Virus record (IMG/VR): IMGVR_UViG_3300032257_000022
Span: 1 to 46,363 of that record
Strand: one strand, 5' to 3'
DNA: 46,363 nt
Source: a virus
Taxonomy: Duplodnaviria; Caudoviricetes
In this document: piece after piece, positions 36,484 through 44,768 of the stretch
Layout of the letters: the number at the start of each line of letters is the position of its first letter
Numbering within the stretch: the stretch's first letter is position 1
Made by a program: the position numbers and the translations under genes
Notes under the pieces: generated by a model
What the model was told of the DNA's origin: nothing
Seen by the model: only the letters and a program-made list of their open reading frames with translations
Database searches by the model: none

Positions 36484-37005
36484 ATGGGTACAGTAACAGG
36501 TGTAGTAGAAGCAAAGACTGGGTTAGGTAAGTACGGTACTTACGGTTTGCTAGTAAATGGTAAATGGCATAACAGTAAGTTTGAAATTAAATGCAACAAA
36601 GGCGATGAGGTTCAATTCGAAGATGGAGATAAAAACTATGTTAACAAGCTTAAAGTTGTTTCTTCAGGAGGAGGGGCTTCCGTTGCTGGTAGCGGCAGCG
36701 GTACTAGTGCTCCTGTCAGGGCTACTGGCGCTCGTGGCGGCTTCCCTATAGGGCCACTAGATGGGCAGCGTTCTATTATCAGACAGAATGCAGTAACAAA
36801 TGCTAATAACATGCTGGCTACAGCACTACAGCATAACGAACTCATTGCTAAGAAGTTTGCCAAGGTTCCTAATGTAGCTACGGTAGCTGAATCTTTAATC
36901 GAAGCAGCTAAGATGATTGAGGCATACACCACTGGTGATGCTGATACAGCAGAGGCAGAAGCTAAGGTTAAAGATGCTAAGGCTGAGTTAGAAGACAGTA
37001 TGTAA
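36484..37005 (+). CDS. Probable single-stranded DNA-binding protein
   Basis: OB-like N-terminus, Gly/Ser linker, acidic C-terminus, strong GAGGAGG RBS, position after the polymerase. Confidence 0.5.
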   Translation: MGTVTGVVEAKTGLGKYGTYGLLVNGKWHNSKFEIKCNKGDEVQFEDGDKNYVNKLKVVSSGGGASVAGSGSGTSAPVRATGARGGFPIGPLDGQRSIIRQNAVTNANNMLATALQHNELIAKKFAKVPNVATVAESLIEAAKMIEAYTTGDADTAEAEAKVKDAKAELEDSM

Positions 37006-37057
37006 CTGTTCCTAGGAACATAACGCACAAGGATGTGCTTAATTTAGGAGAATAGCT

Positions 37058-37327
37058 ATGAGTGACATTGGAGAAACATTCAAGATATTGAAAGAGATAG
37101 GGAGAGCTAAGAAAGCTTACAACCTAACTGAATCAACAGCACTATTAGACCAACTTGGTATTGAGTACACATCTAAGAATGACGGAATACATCTGATTAT
37201 CACTAGTAAGGATGGTTTCATAGATTTCTGGCCTAGTACTGGTAAGTACTATGATCGAATGAATGAGAAGCATGGGCGTGGTGTGTTCAGATTATTAAAA
37301 CTAATTGGCATAACTTTGGAGAAATAA
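37058..37327 (+). CDS. Conserved hypothetical phage protein
   Basis: N.G.HLI...IDFWPSTGK...GRG pattern. Confidence 0.75.
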   Translation: MSDIGETFKILKEIGRAKKAYNLTESTALLDQLGIEYTSKNDGIHLIITSKDGFIDFWPSTGKYYDRMNEKHGRGVFRLLKLIGITLEK

Positions 37328-38188
37328 ATGAAAAAGATTGAGACATTAGTAGAAGACATCTACGACTTATTTAATAACGGCCACCAATGCCATCCTGATA
37401 ACGTAGCGCACTTTGCTACTAACTTAGCAACCATGGTAGCTGATAGGCTGCAGGCTTACCAAGCACACGAAGAGCGTGCACCTACATTACGTGCTTCTAA
37501 TATTGGTAGGCCTTGTGTACGTCAAACCTTTTATGACCTTAAGGGCAGTGATAAGGAAGAGTTACTTCCACACACTAAGATTAAGTTTATGTTTGGTGAC
37601 ATCATTGAAGAACTCTTGTTATTCCTAGCCACTGAAGCAGGACATGAGGTGACTGATGAACAGAAAGAGTGTCACTTAGAAGGCATCACGGGCCACATAG
37701 ATGCTGTCATTGATGGTGTACTGGTTGACGTTAAGAGCGCTTCTAGTTACAGCTTCAAGAAGTTTCGTGATGGTGAACTCAAACATGGGGACACAGACCC
37801 CTTCGGTTATATAGGACAGATGAGTACCTATACCGAAGCCCTAGAGTTTGATCGTGGTGCCTTCCTAGTGATGGATAAGCAGAATGGAACCTTGTGCTTA
37901 CATGAGCCTGAAGAGTTAATAGATGCTAAGGCTAGGATATGTGAACTAAAGGATGCTACAGAGGGCACAGAGACCCCTGTAAGGCATTATGCACCTATAC
38001 CTGATGGTAAGAGTGGCAACATGAAGTTAGCAGTAGGCTGTCAATACTGTGGGCATAAGATTACATGCTGGGCTGATGCCAATGATGGCGAAGGCTTACG
38101 TGCTTATTCTTATTCAAATGGCCCACGTTTCTTAACATGGGTAGGCAAGGAACCTAACGTACCGGAGATACCACTGGAGGATCTATGA
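37328..38188 (+). CDS. PD-(D/E)XK exonuclease, Cas4-like
   Basis: RASNIGRPC, GHID...DVKS, Q..TY, C-terminal CQYC.HK..C. Confidence 0.85.
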   Translation: MKKIETLVEDIYDLFNNGHQCHPDNVAHFATNLATMVADRLQAYQAHEERAPTLRASNIGRPCVRQTFYDLKGSDKEELLPHTKIKFMFGDIIEELLLFLATEAGHEVTDEQKECHLEGITGHIDAVIDGVLVDVKSASSYSFKKFRDGELKHGDTDPFGYIGQMSTYTEALEFDRGAFLVMDKQNGTLCLHEPEELIDAKARICELKDATEGTETPVRHYAPIPDGKSGNMKLAVGCQYCGHKITCWADANDGEGLRAYSYSNGPRFLTWVGKEPNVPEIPLEDL

Positions 38189-38346
38189 GCAAAGTGGTTG
38201 TCCTACAATGTGATTGTGGTTGCCAGACCTTCTACATACATCAAACTGGCTTAATAGAATGTTCTGAGTGCAGTGAGATTAAACGTAATGTGCTGGCTAC
38301 TGAAGGCACTGTCATTGAGCAAGGTGAAGATGATGTCATACATTAA
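38185..38346 (+). CDS. Small zinc-ribbon protein (53 aa, not in track)
   Basis: MSKVVVLQCDCGCQTF...ECSEC; GGAGG RBS; overlaps both neighbours. Confidence 0.7.
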   Translation: MSKVVVLQCDCGCQTFYIHQTGLIECSECSEIKRNVLATEGTVIEQGEDDVIH

Positions 38347-38887
38347 GATACTGGGTGTTGATCCTTCGTTTAGAAACTTTGGCTATGCGCCAATGCTTTA
38401 TGACCCGGCTACAAAAGAGCTAAAGCTTGTTGAATTAGATTTGATACAGACTAAGCCTAACAAAGATAAAGATGTTCGTAAGAACAGTGCTGATTTGGCT
38501 TGTGCTAAGATTCTAATTGAAGAGTACAAGCTGCGGTGTGCTTGGTCTGATGTAGTTGTTGCTGAAGTACCAGTAGGTACACAATCAGCTAGGGCAGCAT
38601 GGTCGTTAGGAATCGCCCTGTGTGTCCTTGCGACAACAAATAAGCCTTTGGTACAGGTTACCCCTAAGCAGGTAAAAGAATGCAGTGTAGGAGATCCTAA
38701 GGCCTCTAAGCAGGACATGATTGACTGGGCTACAACAGCACACCCCCATAGTGATTGGTTAACCCGTAAAGTTAAAGGTAAGGTAGTGTTAACTAATGCT
38801 AACGAACATTTAGCTGATGCAGTAGCTGCAGTGTACGCAGGTATAGAAACAGATCAATTCAAAGGCATGCTAGCTTTACGCCCTTAA
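38333..38887 (+). CDS. RuvC-like Holliday junction resolvase
   Basis: ILGVDPS, VVAE, P..VK....G...ASK..MI, HLADA. Start refined. Confidence 0.85.
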   Translation: MSYIKILGVDPSFRNFGYAPMLYDPATKELKLVELDLIQTKPNKDKDVRKNSADLACAKILIEEYKLRCAWSDVVVAEVPVGTQSARAAWSLGIALCVLATTNKPLVQVTPKQVKECSVGDPKASKQDMIDWATTAHPHSDWLTRKVKGKVVLTNANEHLADAVAAVYAGIETDQFKGMLALRP

Positions 38888-38909
38888 GGGCAATTAATAG
38901 GAGAATATT

Positions 38910-39389
38910 ATGGGTAAGAAATATAAACACAAACCTAAATCATTAGACACAGCTACTAGAATATCCGAGGCTGCTGAAAAAACTTTTAGTTCTTCTGACT
39001 TCACGACTATATGGACTGACACTATTATGGATGCAGCTGATGTCAGTATATCCCCTGTAGGTGTCTCTAGCCGCTACGGTAGTACTGATATGCAGGTTCA
39101 ACATATTATGAATATGCTAAGAGATTCCCGTAACCATATAACCACTGTTACGCGCACACAGGACGCTGTTATCGTAGCAGGGCATGAGGATTATGTAGAT
39201 GATGGGATCATTACTGGAGTGCTTACAGGATTGAGGAATAAGCTGCTCAACTCTCTTGATACATTAGTAACAGATGAGCAGAAGATTATTACGAGACAGG
39301 AGACCGAACATATAAGCGAAGTCTATCTATATACCAGTAAAGAGCTGCAAGCTATGCTTACCGTATTAATTAAACACATGAAGGGGTAG
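38910..39389 (+). CDS. Hypothetical protein
   Basis: 159 aa, AGGAG RBS. Confidence 0.7.
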   Translation: MGKKYKHKPKSLDTATRISEAAEKTFSSSDFTTIWTDTIMDAADVSISPVGVSSRYGSTDMQVQHIMNMLRDSRNHITTVTRTQDAVIVAGHEDYVDDGIITGVLTGLRNKLLNSLDTLVTDEQKIITRQETEHISEVYLYTSKELQAMLTVLIKHMKG

Positions 39390-39394
39390 TTACC

Positions 39395-39631
39395 ATGCAA
39401 GAACGATTACTGGAATATGCTATCAAGTTAGTAATAACAGCAGCAATACTGTCTTTGTTCTTATGGAAGAGTAACTACAACTTTAATATAGCAACTAACC
39501 ACGCTGCAGAGCTGTGTATTGATGATGTTAAGATTGAGATGACTAGCAGTATCATCACTAAATCAATCACATTAACTTGCACGATACCTAAAGAACATTG
39601 GCTAGGAGAACATGAACATGATGGCAGCTAA
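39395..39631 (+). CDS. Small membrane-anchored protein
   Basis: 78 aa, N-terminal transmembrane segment. Confidence 0.65.
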   Translation: MQERLLEYAIKLVITAAILSLFLWKSNYNFNIATNHAAELCIDDVKIEMTSSIITKSITLTCTIPKEHWLGEHEHDGS

Positions 39632-39797
39632 ATATTTAGGACTAGTAGTCTTACTGCTAGCTTGGCATGTAGAAGGCTATGCATTAGACCTAGACATAGA
39701 ACCTAATCGATATTACACAGAAGATGATTGTTACGTAGATGAACCTAATGACCCCTCAATAGACCGGAGATGGCGCAATGAGCAACAAGACGATTGA
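39612..39797 (+). CDS. Small exported or membrane protein
   Basis: 61 aa, signal-peptide-like N-terminus, AGGAG RBS. Confidence 0.6.
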   Translation: MNMMAAKYLGLVVLLLAWHVEGYALDLDIEPNRYYTEDDCYVDEPNDPSIDRRWRNEQQDD

Positions 39798-40215
39798 CTT
39801 ACTAAAGAAGCACGAAGGGTTAGAACTTTACCCCTACAAGGATACAGTAGATAAGTTAACCATTGGCTACGGCCATAACCTAGACGACATGGGTATATCA
39901 GAACAGATGGCAGAACTGCTATTAGTTTCTGATTTGCATTCTACACAAATAGAATTAGCTGCTACATTTAACTGGTATCAAAGTACCCACCCTTGGCCTG
40001 TAGAGCTGGACGAGGTACGTAAATCAGTCATTGATAACATGGCTTTTAATATGGGTGTACCAAGACTCAAAGGCTTTAAGAAGATGCTAGCCGCTATGGA
40101 AGATAAAGATTACGAGCGTGCTGCTGATGAAATGCTGGATAGTCGTTGGGCAGATCAAGTAAAAGGCAGGGCTATTGAATTAGCAGACATGATGAGGACA
40201 GGCAAATGGGTATGA
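39778..40215 (+). CDS. Endolysin, GH24 phage lysozyme
   Basis: HEG......Y.D.....TIGYGHNL catalytic E-D-T triad; FNMG, F.KM, SRWA.QV..RA. Confidence 0.9.
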   Translation: MSNKTIDLLKKHEGLELYPYKDTVDKLTIGYGHNLDDMGISEQMAELLLVSDLHSTQIELAATFNWYQSTHPWPVELDEVRKSVIDNMAFNMGVPRLKGFKKMLAAMEDKDYERAADEMLDSRWADQVKGRAIELADMMRTGKWV

Positions 40216-40511
40216 ATAATGCTAAATGCAAAGTTTTTATTTCTGTACAACACAAGCAGGGGGCTCTTACTGTGCAGTCCTACGAGGTCAATAATAAAGC
40301 TAAGGACTTAACACTTACTGGCATGAAGGTTGGCGATAAGGTAATGGAAATCAAAGCTGTGTTACTTGGTGCAGAGGGGAAAGCAATGCTAGAGCTGTGT
40401 GGCTCTGCAGTTGCTGACTTAACCCCATCTGATTACACACCAGCAGAGTACTTTGATGGTGGTGGGATAACGATCCATTTTAATAGGGCAGGGTTATTCT
40501 CAATAACATAG
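40206..40511 (+). CDS. Hypothetical protein with C-terminus resembling the 824-1258 product
   Basis: Ends GGGITIHFNRAGLFSIT. Confidence 0.6.
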   Translation: MGMNNAKCKVFISVQHKQGALTVQSYEVNNKAKDLTLTGMKVGDKVMEIKAVLLGAEGKAMLELCGSAVADLTPSDYTPAEYFDGGGITIHFNRAGLFSIT

Positions 40512-40520
40512 GAGTCTAGT

Positions 40521-40868
40521 ATGAACACTCACAGTACACAGCCTAAGCCTGCTTATTACCAAGATAAATTACGTGGGATGATCAATGGCAAGGTAGTGAT
40601 TAGAACGTATGAATCATGGGCAGATTACATCAGTACTACCCAGCGTAAGAACATAGCCCCACATAAAATACAACATAGGATTGAACAAGGTTGGGATGAA
40701 ATAGAAGCAACCACTAGGAAGTTTGGTGAAAGCCATAATGATTACCTAGAAAGGATTAAAACTAATGGGGGTACCGATACCCCTAAGATTGAAGAAGAAG
40801 ATAACAAGTTAGAAGAGCAGCAAGCTGTTATTAATAACTGGTTATACAGTGCAGGCGCAACACTTTAA
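40521..40868 (+). CDS. Putative DNA-binding protein
   Basis: I.HRI..GW...EA.T motif, as in small HNH-associated DNA-binding modules; AGGAG RBS. Confidence 0.5.
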   Translation: MNTHSTQPKPAYYQDKLRGMINGKVVIRTYESWADYISTTQRKNIAPHKIQHRIEQGWDEIEATTRKFGESHNDYLERIKTNGGTDTPKIEEEDNKLEEQQAVINNWLYSAGATL

Positions 40869-40883
40869 ACGTAGCGCCAAGTT

Positions 40884-40912
40884 GTGGGGGAGTCTTCCTC
40901 CCCTACTTTTTT
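40884..40912 (+). terminator. Rho-independent terminator
   Basis: GTGGGGGAG-TCTTC-CTCCCCTAC-TTTTTT. Confidence 0.8.
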
Positions 40913-40942
40913 AATTTGTTCCTAAGAACAAAGGAGTAGGAT

Positions 40943-41146
40943 ATGAGTGAGGATAAAGATTTAACAGAAGAAGAGTTGGATGAGTGTGTAGTAGAAGACA
41001 TGTCTGCTATAGCCAGTATGATTACTAAAGCTACAGAGTATAACTTGCTGACTGAAGTAGTGTACTCATACGGTGAAGCTAGAACAGCCTTACGTGGTGT
41101 TTCAGTAGCAACTATGACAGCCTTGAGCGAGTGGGACTTACTATGA
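40943..41146 (+). CDS. Hypothetical acidic protein
   Basis: 67 aa, AAGGAG RBS. Confidence 0.7.
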   Translation: MSEDKDLTEEELDECVVEDMSAIASMITKATEYNLLTEVVYSYGEARTALRGVSVATMTALSEWDLL

Positions 41147-41325
41147 ATGACAAGACTAAAGAAGTGTTGCAAGAAGCTTTAGAAGAGGCCTTAGAGCATT
41201 GTGTAGAAGCTGCTAGGGGTGACGTACCACAAGGTGTACTAGGTGATTGTGACTTGTGTGGTGAAGAAGGTGAACTAATAAATGGAGCCTGTGAAGGATG
41301 CAGGCAACAATATAACTTGGAGTGA
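41143..41325 (+). CDS. Small zinc-finger protein (TraR/DksA-like finger)
   Basis: CDLCG...CEGCR; likely ATG start overlapping the previous stop. Confidence 0.6.
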   Translation: MNDKTKEVLQEALEEALEHCVEAARGDVPQGVLGDCDLCGEEGELINGACEGCRQQYNLE

Positions 41326-41328
41326 AAC

Positions 41329-41520
41329 GTGAGTAGTGTATTTGAAATAGATTGGGAAATAAGTGTAGTTAGGGTAATAGACACAACGACAGGGAAACCT
41401 TCTAGTGTCTTTACCTTCAACTTTCTGGATAACATTGAAGACTATTGCCCAGATTATGAAACAGTGCCTGTTGTATATAACGCATGGCAATGGTACTTAA
41501 ACCAAGAGAGGATAGAATGA
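41329..41520 (+). CDS. Hypothetical protein
   Basis: 63 aa, GGAG RBS. Confidence 0.55.
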   Translation: MSSVFEIDWEISVVRVIDTTTGKPSSVFTFNFLDNIEDYCPDYETVPVVYNAWQWYLNQERIE

Positions 41521-41873
41521 TGAACCTCGACCTGACAAACAACGAACTAGACCGGCTGTGTGCAGAGGCGCAGGGCTGGGAACGTATCGGACAACTAAAC
41601 ACTGGCGAATGGGTTGGCGAGAAAGTAGCCTCCGGTCTTGCTTGGGACGAGCTGTGTGAAATACCCAATTTCACAACAGACAAAGCACAGGCTACGACGC
41701 TGCTGACTAAGCTGCAAGAAAAACATGACGTTTTATTAGAGCATTATAACGATATGCACTATGTTGAGTGTACCAATAAAGCATACGAGAATGTGTTTGA
41801 AGGCAAAGACAGTGTTTTTATTGTTGCAATAGTAAAGGCTTTTATACTTTCAAAACAGGAGGCGGGATTGTGA
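41517..41873 (+). CDS. Phage ABA-sandwich-like protein
   Basis: ELD...AE..GW...P.FTTD...A..L pattern. Start refined. Confidence 0.6.
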   Translation: MMNLDLTNNELDRLCAEAQGWERIGQLNTGEWVGEKVASGLAWDELCEIPNFTTDKAQATTLLTKLQEKHDVLLEHYNDMHYVECTNKAYENVFEGKDSVFIVAIVKAFILSKQEAGL

Positions 41874-42127
41874 GAAAAATATCTGACTTTAGAAAGGATA
41901 CACAAACAACGTGTACTTGTTGTGATTTAAAAATTAAACCTTGTCCTCGATGTGGTGAAGATGGGGTAATAATTAGAGGTTACGAAAGTACAGTTTACTG
42001 TGACAGTGGTGATTGCGAAATAAACATGGACTTTGGACACTGGTGCGGTACTCAGGATGACAAAGACGCCATACATTTTGTAATTGAAAACTGGAATGAG
42101 CGACCACAAAAGCCAGAGGTGTCGTGA
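41870..42127 (+). CDS. Lar-like (restriction alleviation family) zinc-finger protein
   Basis: KPCPRCG...C...C...IE.WNER. Confidence 0.65.
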   Translation: MRKISDFRKDTQTTCTCCDLKIKPCPRCGEDGVIIRGYESTVYCDSGDCEINMDFGHWCGTQDDKDAIHFVIENWNERPQKPEVS

Positions 42128-42333
42128 TGAGTGAATTAAAGCCGTGTCCGTTTTGTGGGTTCATACCTGATATTGAAGATGATGATTGCATATACCCAGT
42201 GACACGCGAACGAGACTTGTGGGAGATTCACTGTTACGAGACAGGTGGCGGCTGCAATGCAAGCATCTTAGCCAGAACACCTGAGCTATGTATTGAAAAG
42301 TGGAACACACGCACAGACAAAGAGGGTGGGTAA
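42124..42333 (+). CDS. Lar-like (restriction alleviation family) zinc-finger protein
   Basis: ELKPCPFCG...C.....GC.A...IEKWNTR. Confidence 0.75.
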   Translation: MMSELKPCPFCGFIPDIEDDDCIYPVTRERDLWEIHCYETGGGCNASILARTPELCIEKWNTRTDKEGG

Positions 42334-42586
42334 CGTGCAGCAAGTTATGGTAATTGAATACCAAGGATATTATATTAAACTTCTATCTACTTACGGTTAT
42401 AGTATCCATGATGATAGAAATTCTAATAGTCCTGTAACCACTATTATCTTTAAAACAAATGAAAAAGCTAAGAAATATATTGATTATCTTAAGGGTAGTA
42501 CCCCTGCCCTTAGGAACAAATTTAAAGCCTGCACGGGCTGCCTGACGCCCTGTGATGAGTGTGTTAAGGCCCAGAGTAAGGAGTAA
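42293..42586 (+). CDS. Hypothetical protein with C-terminal CxxC..CxxC
   Basis: True start probably near 42335-42347. Confidence 0.55.
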   Translation: MKSGTHAQTKRVGNVQQVMVIEYQGYYIKLLSTYGYSIHDDRNSNSPVTTIIFKTNEKAKKYIDYLKGSTPALRNKFKACTGCLTPCDECVKAQSKE

Positions 42587-42589
42587 TGT

Positions 42590-43066
42590 ATGAGTGATGC
42601 GACAAAGGTACCAATGACAGCAACAGAAATAGCAGCGAAGTGGTCTAAAGTTGCGACCAAATTTACTTCTCTTACACTAGAAGACTTTAAAGATATGACT
42701 GTCAGTCTAGATGCAGCTGACATGACACCGTCTGTAGAAGCACGGAAAGCAGAGGCTAAAGCCTTACTGCACATTAATAAACTTAAGTGTTTATTAGAAG
42801 GATTGGGTGTGACTGATATAGAAGAAGCTATGAAGTTAGATGCAGAGACACTTAAGCGTGTGGGTGAAGCAATGAAACAAGAGTCCGAGGCTCCACAGGT
42901 ACGGATTAAAGCTGCTCAGGTATGGATTAAAGCTGATCCTGCAACATCATTCGAATTCGATGACCTTGCTAGTAAAACTTTTAAGTCTGCATGGACTACA
43001 GAATGGTCAGATAGTGTTTCTACAGCTTTTGCTGGCTCACTTGATAAAACAAAACTAATTAAGTAG
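42590..43066 (+). CDS. Hypothetical protein, last gene of the plus arm
   Basis: 158 aa, AAGGAG RBS. Confidence 0.75.
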   Translation: MSDATKVPMTATEIAAKWSKVATKFTSLTLEDFKDMTVSLDAADMTPSVEARKAEAKALLHINKLKCLLEGLGVTDIEEAMKLDAETLKRVGEAMKQESEAPQVRIKAAQVWIKADPATSFEFDDLASKTFKSAWTTEWSDSVSTAFAGSLDKTKLIK

Positions 43067-43220
43067 GGGGCACCCTGATCCTAGCAGCCTACTGGTGGTG
43101 GCTGTGCACAAGGCTATGATGCTTAACTACTTGTTGCCCCTTTGAACATCGGCAAGTAGACATGAGTCAGTTGGGGTGGGTGTGGTAACAATATTCCCCT
43201 AAATTGTAGCAAACCAGTAT

Positions 43221-43586
43221 TTAATAATACTCTTCAAATGTTTGAACGCACTCTTCTAACTGCGCTTCATACTTCATACTGTCTATGAAGTTATCCCAAA
43301 AGGCTTTGTAGTCCCCTGCAGATAAACATATATGGTCACCTACAATAATAGGCTTAGGCCTAGTAAAGGCTTGTGGGTAATTGACAATAGTACAGCTAAT
43401 CTTTGGCTTTTCCTCGACCTTTAAAATCTCTACGTCTGGCTTCGATTTCAGAAAACAAGACGTCTGTGCTGTTATAAGCAACACTAGCAGCACGTTTAGG
43501 GTCAGTCCTAATAAGCTTCTCCATCCCTTTAAGATCAAATCGTTTCTTCTGTTCATTAGCTTTCTTCTCGCTCTTAATGAAGTCAT
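43221..43586 (-). CDS. Probable o-spanin (Rz1-like lipoprotein)
   Basis: Overlaps the i-spanin in another frame; hydrophobic stretch LLVLLITAQTSC ending in Cys. True start likely downstream of 43586. Confidence 0.55.
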   Translation of the reverse strand: MTSLRARRKLMNRRNDLILKGWRSLLGLTLNVLLVLLITAQTSCFLKSKPDVEILKVEEKPKISCTIVNYPQAFTRPKPIIVGDHICLSAGDYKAFWDNFIDSMKYEAQLEECVQTFEEYY

Positions 43587-43767
43587 CTCTCATGTGGGTC
43601 ATGGCAGTTGTCATGTGCTCTATTCCTGCCCTTAAGGACATAATAGTGTCTGTCTGAACTTGGTTCTTTACTTCTAATGCTGCTTTCTCAGCAATCACAT
43701 TATAAATAAAATACCCACCAGTACCCAACATGGTTAGTATGACCACGAATATGGCTGCCCTAATCAT
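43396..43767 (-). CDS. Probable i-spanin (Rz-like)
   Basis: N-terminal transmembrane segment then coiled coil. Confidence 0.65.
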   Translation of the reverse strand: MIRAAIFVVILTMLGTGGYFIYNVIAEKAALEVKNQVQTDTIMSLRAGIEHMTTAMTHMRDDFIKSEKKANEQKKRFDLKGMEKLIRTDPKRAASVAYNSTDVLFSEIEARRRDFKGRGKAKD

Positions 43768-43937
43768 TCGTTTGCCCCGTCCAGCTTACCCTGTACGTAA
43801 GAATACCCACCACCTAATACAGCTATTGCTGTGCCTACCGTAGGGGTTAATAGTTCTAAAGCAGCTAAGGCAAACACCCCAGTCATACCATACATAGTCA
43901 CTACAAACTTTCTTGATCCATACTTGTTATCCATCAT
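43764..43937 (-). CDS. Probable holin (57 aa, not in track)
   Basis: MMDNKYGSRKFVVTMYGMTGVFALAALELLTPTVGTAIAVLGGGYSYVQG...; SRKF motif, two hydrophobic segments, GAGG RBS, directly before the spanins. Confidence 0.6.
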   Translation of the reverse strand: MMDNKYGSRKFVVTMYGMTGVFALAALELLTPTVGTAIAVLGGGYSYVQGKLDGANE

Positions 43938-43955
43938 GCCTCTCTTATAGGGGTG

Positions 43956-44162
43956 CTATCCTCCTATAAACTTATTGAAGGCACTGGATACGGATACCCC
44001 TATGCCACTAGATATTAATATGATGCCTAATAGTATACCCTTTCCACGGACTATCTGCGTCTTAAGGCTATCCACTTCAGCCTTCAGCTCTTTGACTTCC
44101 GTTGTTAGTAACTCTACAGCTGCAACTAACTTGCCTGCTTCTAAATCATTCATTGAGGACAT
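43956..44162 (-). CDS. Coiled-coil plus transmembrane protein (XhlA/holin-accessory-like)
   Basis: 68 aa, heptad repeat then C-terminal transmembrane segment. Confidence 0.55.
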   Translation of the reverse strand: MSSMNDLEAGKLVAAVELLTTEVKELKAEVDSLKTQIVRGKGILLGIILISSGIGVSVSSAFNKFIGG

Positions 44163-44198
44163 GTTGGGGACTCCACATTATTGTTCTTAAGGACAGTT

Positions 44199-44768
44199 TC
44201 ATATTGTGAAGTATCCTTCACCGTTAAAATACATTGTAGCAGAGCCATAGTCAGCGCTGATAACTTTAGTACTGGCCCCATCTATTTGTACACCAACCTC
44301 TAAGCCCGCTGTAGCGGCATAGGTGGTAACAGTGAGCACATCTGTTGTGGTTGTTACATTGATGGCTGCATTAACTACTGCAGAATTCTCAGTCAATGTT
44401 AATGCATCAGTGGTCGCTGTTATGCCAGAAACTGCTAGCGTTACTGTCGCTGCATTCTCTGTAATAACTAGAGCATCTGTAGTGGCATTAGCATTAACTT
44501 CAGCATTAACAGAAGCCGCTTGTTCTGTGAGTGTTAAAACGTCTGTAGAAGCATTTACACCAACACCTAAAGAAACAGTAGCAGCGTTCTCTGTTAGGGC
44601 CAGAACATCTGTAGTAGCGTTAGCATTGGTCTCTGCATTTACTGTAGCAGCGTATTCAGTAAGTACTAAGGCATCAGTAGTTGCATTGACATTAGTATCA
44701 CCACCAGCGTCAGCTACTGCCGAATCACCATAGGGCAAATCACCATAGGGAGCGTCACCGTATAGCAT
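44199..44768 (-). CDS. Repeat-containing fibre-like virion protein
   Basis: YGD.PYGD.PYGD N-terminus and six ~22-aa repeats (NATTDAL.LTE.AATV). Confidence 0.7.
   Translation of the reverse strand: MLYGDAPYGDLPYGDSAVADAGGDTNVNATTDALVLTEYAATVNAETNANATTDVLALTENAATVSLGVGVNASTDVLTLTEQAASVNAEVNANATTDALVITENAATVTLAVSGITATTDALTLTENSAVVNAAINVTTTTDVLTVTTYAATAGLEVGVQIDGASTKVISADYGSATMYFNGEGYFTI

Noticed and set aside
37328-38188. Cas4 as evidence of a CRISPR system
   Set aside because: Stand-alone Cas4-like nucleases are common in phage replication modules; no array or cas1 was seen.
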